NCBI GenBank assembly: GCA_963796275.1
Contig: CAWCKY010000003.1
Coordinates: 1,618,737-1,682,736, forward strand
Reading direction: 5' to 3'
Source of the DNA: an uncultured Acidobacteriota bacterium
GTDB taxonomy: Bacteria > Acidobacteriota > Blastocatellia > RBC074
DNA length: 64,000 bases
Below the pieces are notes generated by a model. That model ran no database searches. It was not told the origin of the DNA and saw only the letters and a program-made list of their open reading frames with translations. Of the stretch, positions 59,040-64,000 are shown in pieces (within the stretch, counting starts at the first letter, position 1; every line of letters starts with the position of its first letter). The translations under genes and the position numbers were made by a program.

Positions 59040-59580
59040 CAGGAACTGGCCTGGGAAGCTTACGACTTTACTCCCTCTTCGCCTCGCTCCGATTCAGTTA
59101 AGGGTATCCTTTTTAGCTTTTACAACTGATAGCTATTCCGCATGGTGGTCACTTATAACTCGGATCGATCGCAGGAATGACGGCTGAGGACATCGTCGAA
59201 GCCGTTTCGGCGAAGTACGGAACTGCCACCAGGCCTGTCGCCGAGATCATACTCTCTTCGACCCGATTCTATAGCGACAATGAAAAGCTCATTTCAGACC
59301 GGAGCGAAAAGGTGATTGCGCATTGGGAGGACTCGCAGTATACGTACAACCTCATCCAACCAACCTACCAGTCTACATTTGGGATGATTATCTATTCGAA
59401 ATGGCTGGATGCATTGGCACGGGCTACCATCATCGAATCCGTCTGGCTTGATAAGCAAGAAACTCCACAAAGAAAAATCGAACGTCAAAAGATGAAAAAC
59501 GTCAAAAGATGAAAGATGATGAAGATCGCGTCCAGCAAGAGAAGGCCAGGCGGGTGAACAAGGCGCCGTTTCGCCCTTAA
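59040..59580 (+). pseudogene. Degenerate copy of the 57880..58590 gene
   Basis: MT.EDI.EA.SAKYGTATRPVAEI.L and KAPFRP shared; internal stop and frameshifts. Confidence 0.75.
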
Positions 59581-59998
59581 GCAATTAGGTGAAACAGACG
59601 ATCATACTGATGGGGGATGTAATCAATGTGCATCATCCATCAGGCTATCGTGTGCGAGAGTCGGTTCAGTCGCGGAAATAGATTACAATCTGACAAAAAT
59701 AATAAAGCTATAAGTGAGTTAGCGTACAGATGTGAGTGATTGATATCACTTAATCTGCCGTTTCCAGGAATATAGTCCAAAGCCATTATTGGGGGGAGCC
59801 CCAATATAGAATTCTCCCCCTACCCGACTGGCAAGAGCAGACCCTCTGCCGGTCGGGTATATTTGATTATCTTTTCTCCTATCACCTCTGCTAGCTTCTC
59901 GATAATTCTTTTCATACCCGTTCAAACCCGTTCAAAATTGGACGGATACCTACGCCAAGGTCAGCCTATCATTCAAAATGTAATCCAGAGTCAGGATA

Positions 59999-60373
59999 CT
60001 ATGCTGGTCTCTGAATCGCATGCATCGCCCTCCGACCATGCCCTCGTACCACCGTTGGGCTCTCGTGCAGTGACTTCTCGCTGGACCGGCGCTCGGTGGT
60101 CGGATCGTTGACTGTCCCATCTTCAGCCGTCTCTTCTGGCTGACTGACACTCGTTGCCTTCCGCTTTTCCGTGTGCCGGCCGAAGATCATCTCTCGCAGC
60201 CGTTTGATTGAGATATTCTTCTGCTGCAGGAGATTGACCAGGAGCAGGACCGTGCGTAACAGTCGTTCGATCAGTTCGACATCTCGCTGTTCCAATTTGT
60301 TCTCTTTGAGGCGTGCGATCAGAATCTCGATTTCGGCAGAATCGGTTTTGGGAATCTCAGGGCCTTTGGCCAT
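59999..60373 (-). pseudogene. IS66 transposase N-terminal fragment
   Basis: EIEILIARL...LLQQKNISIKRLREMIFGRHTEK; similar to 52575-52760. Confidence 0.65.
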
Positions 60374-60821
60374 CGGCGGTTGTGTTCTCCGTGAAAAGTA
60401 TTCTTACGGCTACCACTTCAGATCTATCCTTACCATGCACACCTCGCACCTGTCACGATTCCGAGCAAAGGTGCTTCATTATTTTCGTCATACACTTTTT
60501 TGCCGAAAGCTCACCACTCATCCGGAAACTACCTTCGAACGTCTCCCACGCTTCATCGAAAATAACTTAACTATAAGCGCGTTGGAGCACAGACGGGGAT
60601 CTTGGCATGGGTTACTCTGGCCTTTCTTGCATTATCGTCCGGTGTTTAACTATTCACAGTCTGGAGTTGAGAGCGGAGAGACGACCAGACATCTGACCAC
60701 ACTCTTCACTTAAAGTTGGCATTCGCAAGTATTGTGGGGATAGCCGTCTGGGTTTATCCACGCGCCATCAGCTTCCGCCGATGGCTTGGGAACTAGAGCG
60801 GTTTTCACATCAATGTACGGG

Positions 60822-60923
60822 TCAATGGAACGCGGATGACGCGGATACTGCGGATTGCCGCAGGTATTTTTTCGGTTTTATCTACGATAATCTGCCGCAT
60901 CCGCGTCATCCGCGTTCCATTGA
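60822..60923. repeat. 9-mer based inverted repeat (ACGCGGATG units)
   Basis: TCAATGGAACGCGGATGACGCGGAT...ATCCGCGTCATCCGCGTTCCATTGA. Confidence 0.8.
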
Positions 60924-60986
60924 TACTTCTTTTGATGCAATTAGGTTACCTTGGGAGTGCTGGACCAATCAAGTAGGATGAAGGTG

Positions 60987-61066
60987 ACAACGTAGGGGCT
61001 GACCTGTATATCTGCCTGATAGCTGTATTATCAACCAGGGCGCACGCTGGTGCGCCCCTACGTTGT
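60987..61066. repeat. GTAG-type REP doublet
   Basis: ACAACGTAGGGGC...GGGCGCACGCTGGTGCGCCCCTACGTTGT. Confidence 0.7.
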
Positions 61067-61163
61067 ATCACTCGATTCAGCCTCCCTTTTTTATAATCAA
61101 CTACCTGAAACTACAACGAACCGCTTGCGCGAGCATTCGTTCGGCGCCGGCCAAGGAGAATAG

Positions 61164-61622
61164 ATGAGGCTTCCTCCCCAAGATATTCTGCTGGTTGAAG
61201 GCCATGACGATAGCAGAGAGATGGTCCGTTGGTATCTAACCCAAATAGGTTATCAAGTGAGAGCTGCCTCCACCTGCGCTGCGAGCTTATCGCTGGTGAG
61301 CGTCAGGCGATTCAATCTCTATTTGCTCGGCGATGACTGCTCAGATGGAGCTGCCCTTGATCTCTGCCAACAAATCCGGGCGCTTGATGCGGACACACCC
61401 ATCCTTTTTTGTTCGTCCTCGGCCTTTCACGCTGACCGCGAGCGAGCAATGAGGGCCAGCGCGCAAGCCTATCTCGCCAAGCCACTTGAGTGGGACGAGT
61501 TAGAGCAGGCCATCGTGCGGTTGATCGGCGAGGTCCGGACCGTGGCAGTGGTAACTCCGCTGGCCCCGGGAGCGCGCGAAGGAAGGCACGTTAGACACCG
61601 TCTCGGGCGCACCAGGGTTTAA
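61164..61622 (+). CDS. Single-domain response regulator (atypical receiver)
   Basis: ILLVE..DDSREM, DG..L.LC.QIR..D..TPILF.S and AQAYLAKP. Confidence 0.8.
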   Translation: MRLPPQDILLVEGHDDSREMVRWYLTQIGYQVRAASTCAASLSLVSVRRFNLYLLGDDCSDGAALDLCQQIRALDADTPILFCSSSAFHADRERAMRASAQAYLAKPLEWDELEQAIVRLIGEVRTVAVVTPLAPGAREGRHVRHRLGRTRV

Positions 61623-61745
61623 TAGTTCTTCACAATTAATGCGACGTCCTACAAGAAAGTGGCTATGACAGGCAGAGGTCGTGAGGCCGCTCCGGCAAGC
61701 AGGCCGCCGCCTTCATCACCATGAGCATCGAAAAGAGACAAGATC

Positions 61746-62426
61746 ATGATTCAAGAGACCCCTCAAGCCGAACAGTTCAAACAACAAATGCGTGATTCGC
61801 TGCGGCAGGAGACCCTCAATTCGCGCGCCATCACGATCGCCAAACACGATCACGTTTACACCTGTGGCGATCAAGACGAAATGGTCTACTTCATTGAAAG
61901 CGGCCAGGTCAAACTGCTGATGCTCTCGCCTGAAGGCAGAGAGTGCCTGCTGGCCATCCACGCGGCGGGAGATATTTTCGGCGAGTTGTGCCTGTCCGGG
62001 TTAGGCGCGCGGTTGGAAACAGCGATAGCCATGGAAGAAACGATCTTAAAACAAATCCCTTGCCCTAAGTTCTTCGCGCGGTTGAGCCGCGACGCGCTGT
62101 TTGAGGGCTTCGTGCAGTACCTGGCGGTGCGGATTGCCGACCAACAGCAGGTCATCGCCAACCTGGTGACGGTGGATAGCGAACAGCGCCTGGGTAAGAC
62201 GCTGTTACGGCTGGCGCGCACACTCGGCAAGAAGGACCCGCGGAGCATCCGCATCGAGCTGAAGATTTCGCATGAAGAACTGTCGGAAATGGTGGGGACG
62301 ACGCGGCCGCGGATCAGCCTGTTTATGCAGCGATTTCGGAATCTGGGGCTGATTGAGACGAGCGAAGAGCATTTTCTGATCATCAAAGAAAAGAAGCTCA
62401 CTGCTTACCTCGCTCAGATCGCATAG
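61746..62426 (+). CDS. Crp/Fnr family transcriptional regulator
   Basis: YFIESGQVKL, GDIFGE.CL and HTH ISHEELSEMVGTTRPRIS.FM.RFR.LG. Confidence 0.93.
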   Translation: MIQETPQAEQFKQQMRDSLRQETLNSRAITIAKHDHVYTCGDQDEMVYFIESGQVKLLMLSPEGRECLLAIHAAGDIFGELCLSGLGARLETAIAMEETILKQIPCPKFFARLSRDALFEGFVQYLAVRIADQQQVIANLVTVDSEQRLGKTLLRLARTLGKKDPRSIRIELKISHEELSEMVGTTRPRISLFMQRFRNLGLIETSEEHFLIIKEKKLTAYLAQIA

Positions 62427-62948
62427 CACGGGAGGCTGTCTACGCTCCTCGCGATAATTCTTATCAACCTTGTCCAATATTGATATGTACGGAGGAATAG
62501 GATGCTGGAGATATCCAGAGGCTGGTGTGGGAAACGGTGCAACTCCGTACAGGAGTGGGATACAATCTCCCAACGAGGGTATCCCACTCCTTTCACGCAG
62601 CCACGACGGGTAGTCGAGGAACTTCTCCTACGAAGCAGTAACCAACAACCGCAACCGCAATGTGTCAGGCGGCTCAGACGATAGCCAGGCAGCTTGATCA
62701 GAACTCCAATGACTATCACCGGATACTGGTTTGGTCTGACACCTTTCTTTCCGACGTCGTCCAATTTTGGACATATCCCGGACTGGCCGATCCTTATCAA
62801 GGAAGCATCAATAGCAGACACCATTTCGCGGCATATTCAAGAAAGCCCGGTTCTTTTCGGGGACTTTTTTCGGGGACTAGTATCCTAATGAAAGGATCAG
62901 AAATGAGAAGATTGCTGGTTGTAAATAACTTGGAAAGGCAGGATTGAA

Positions 62949-63371
62949 ATGTTTCATGGCTATGCTATTTACCGGCGCAAGGAGCGAGCCTCCGCGCGCT
63001 ATGAACTGCCGGTCATGCTACAAATGGGTGACTGGTCTGAGGGAGAGACGGTTTCTACAAGCACAGTTGTGATGGCACTGGTATGGCAATACTACGGGCT
63101 GGATTTGAGCCATCCGGAGGTTAGTCGATGGCTGGAGCAAAACGCGCCCGATGTGAAATACGCGGTAGCCGAGGACCAACTCGCGACCGGCGATAACCGC
63201 AACAGGTTCAGAATCGGACCAAACGGAATGATGACGGTGTATCTCTCGCTGGAGGTCGAGGACAGGTTGAGAGAGGTCTCATCTCGTTACATCTTGAGGC
63301 AATCGGCTCACTTTTATCAGTGGGCGGTGGGTGGCGCTCTAAGCGGGTACAACCACCCCATTATTATTTGA
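62949..63371 (+). CDS. Hypothetical protein
   Basis: 140-aa ORF with upstream AAGGCAGG. Confidence 0.5.
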   Translation: MFHGYAIYRRKERASARYELPVMLQMGDWSEGETVSTSTVVMALVWQYYGLDLSHPEVSRWLEQNAPDVKYAVAEDQLATGDNRNRFRIGPNGMMTVYLSLEVEDRLREVSSRYILRQSAHFYQWAVGGALSGYNHPIII

Positions 63372-63537
63372 CGATCACGCGGCGTCTGACCGGGGGGAGA
63401 TTCGAGTGAGACTGACCGTAGGGTGGCGCTGCTGAAAAAACTAAATAGCGGCTAAAAGACACAACCTATACACACTCTTGCATTCATCCCTGCTGGTATA
63501 GGGTTGCCGCTTTCAGCCGGAGAAACCGGAGTAGAAC

Positions 63538-63828
63538 ATGAACATGAGCTGGGAAAGTTTAATCATTCTATTGATCGTGGCCGCCGTAGTGGGCACGCTC
63601 GCACAATTGCTGTCGGGATATTCACGAGGCGGGTTGTTAGGCTCAATCGTGCTCGGCTTCATCGGCGCCCTTATCGGAACTTGGGGGGCCAGAGAGTTCG
63701 GATTACCTGAGATATTAACTTTGCAAATCGGTGGTACGAACTTCCCCATAGTCTGGGCAATTATCGGAGCAGCGTTGTTCATTTCCTTCCTGGGGTTGTT
63801 TACGAGGCGCCGGTATGTGTCCGGGTGA
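63538..63828 (+). CDS. GlsB/YeaQ/YmgE family (transglycosylase-associated) membrane protein
   Basis: GG.LGSIVLGFIGALIG.W and WAIIGAALF. Confidence 0.85.
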   Translation: MNMSWESLIILLIVAAVVGTLAQLLSGYSRGGLLGSIVLGFIGALIGTWGAREFGLPEILTLQIGGTNFPIVWAIIGAALFISFLGLFTRRRYVSG

Positions 63829-63893
63829 GGGTCAACCAGTCGAATGGTTATTGAAAACTGCGGTAGTTTAAGGAAAAAGTATAAGGAGAAAGT

Positions 63894-64000
63894 ATGTTGA
63901 GCAAAGGTGAAATCAAAGGCAAAGCCAGGCAGGTTATAGGCGCCATCAAAGAGAATCTCGGTTGGCTGACCGACGATCACAAAGCCGAGGGCGAGGGCAA
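63894..64000 (+). CDS. CsbD family protein (partial, runs off the window)
   Basis: RBS AAGGAG; MLSKGEIKGKARQVIGAIKENLGWLTDD...EGEG. Confidence 0.7.
   Translation, partial: MLSKGEIKGKARQVIGAIKENLGWLTDDHKAEGEG

Overview
Bacterial chromosomal window, most likely Acidobacteriota (Blastocatellia-like). This is inferred from a VWFA-related protein, two carboxypeptidase-regulatory-domain TonB-dependent receptors and an ADOP-type permease. 1-46.3 kb is core genome: the mreB-mreC-mreD-mrdA-rodA-rne/rng operon; a six-gene minus-strand operon for a Tat-exported PaoABC/xanthine-dehydrogenase-family molybdoenzyme with three uncharacterised accessory genes; DUF4912 and a GH57 branching enzyme; two TonB receptors; an S9 peptidase; rfbD; a B3 metallo-beta-lactamase; recD2; a bacilliredoxin; two GH18 chitinases sharing a near-identical N-terminal module; and plsC. 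46.4-54.6 kb is a decayed integrative element bounded by a degenerate 5' half of tRNA-Met and the intact tRNA-Met, carrying HigBA, an HNH/AP2 relic, IS66 relics and a truncated integrase. 54.6-64 kb is an accessory region of IS relics and small stress-type genes around a Crp/Fnr regulator, with a recurring GTCCAAnnnTGGAC-type palindrome. Many intergenic gaps carry long hairpins built from tandem 7-mers or ~9-mers, including a four-unit array (84/84/100-bp spacing) between mreB and mreC. Single-base frameshifts in several conserved genes are most likely sequencing errors. All family calls come from motif recognition by eye; no searches were run.
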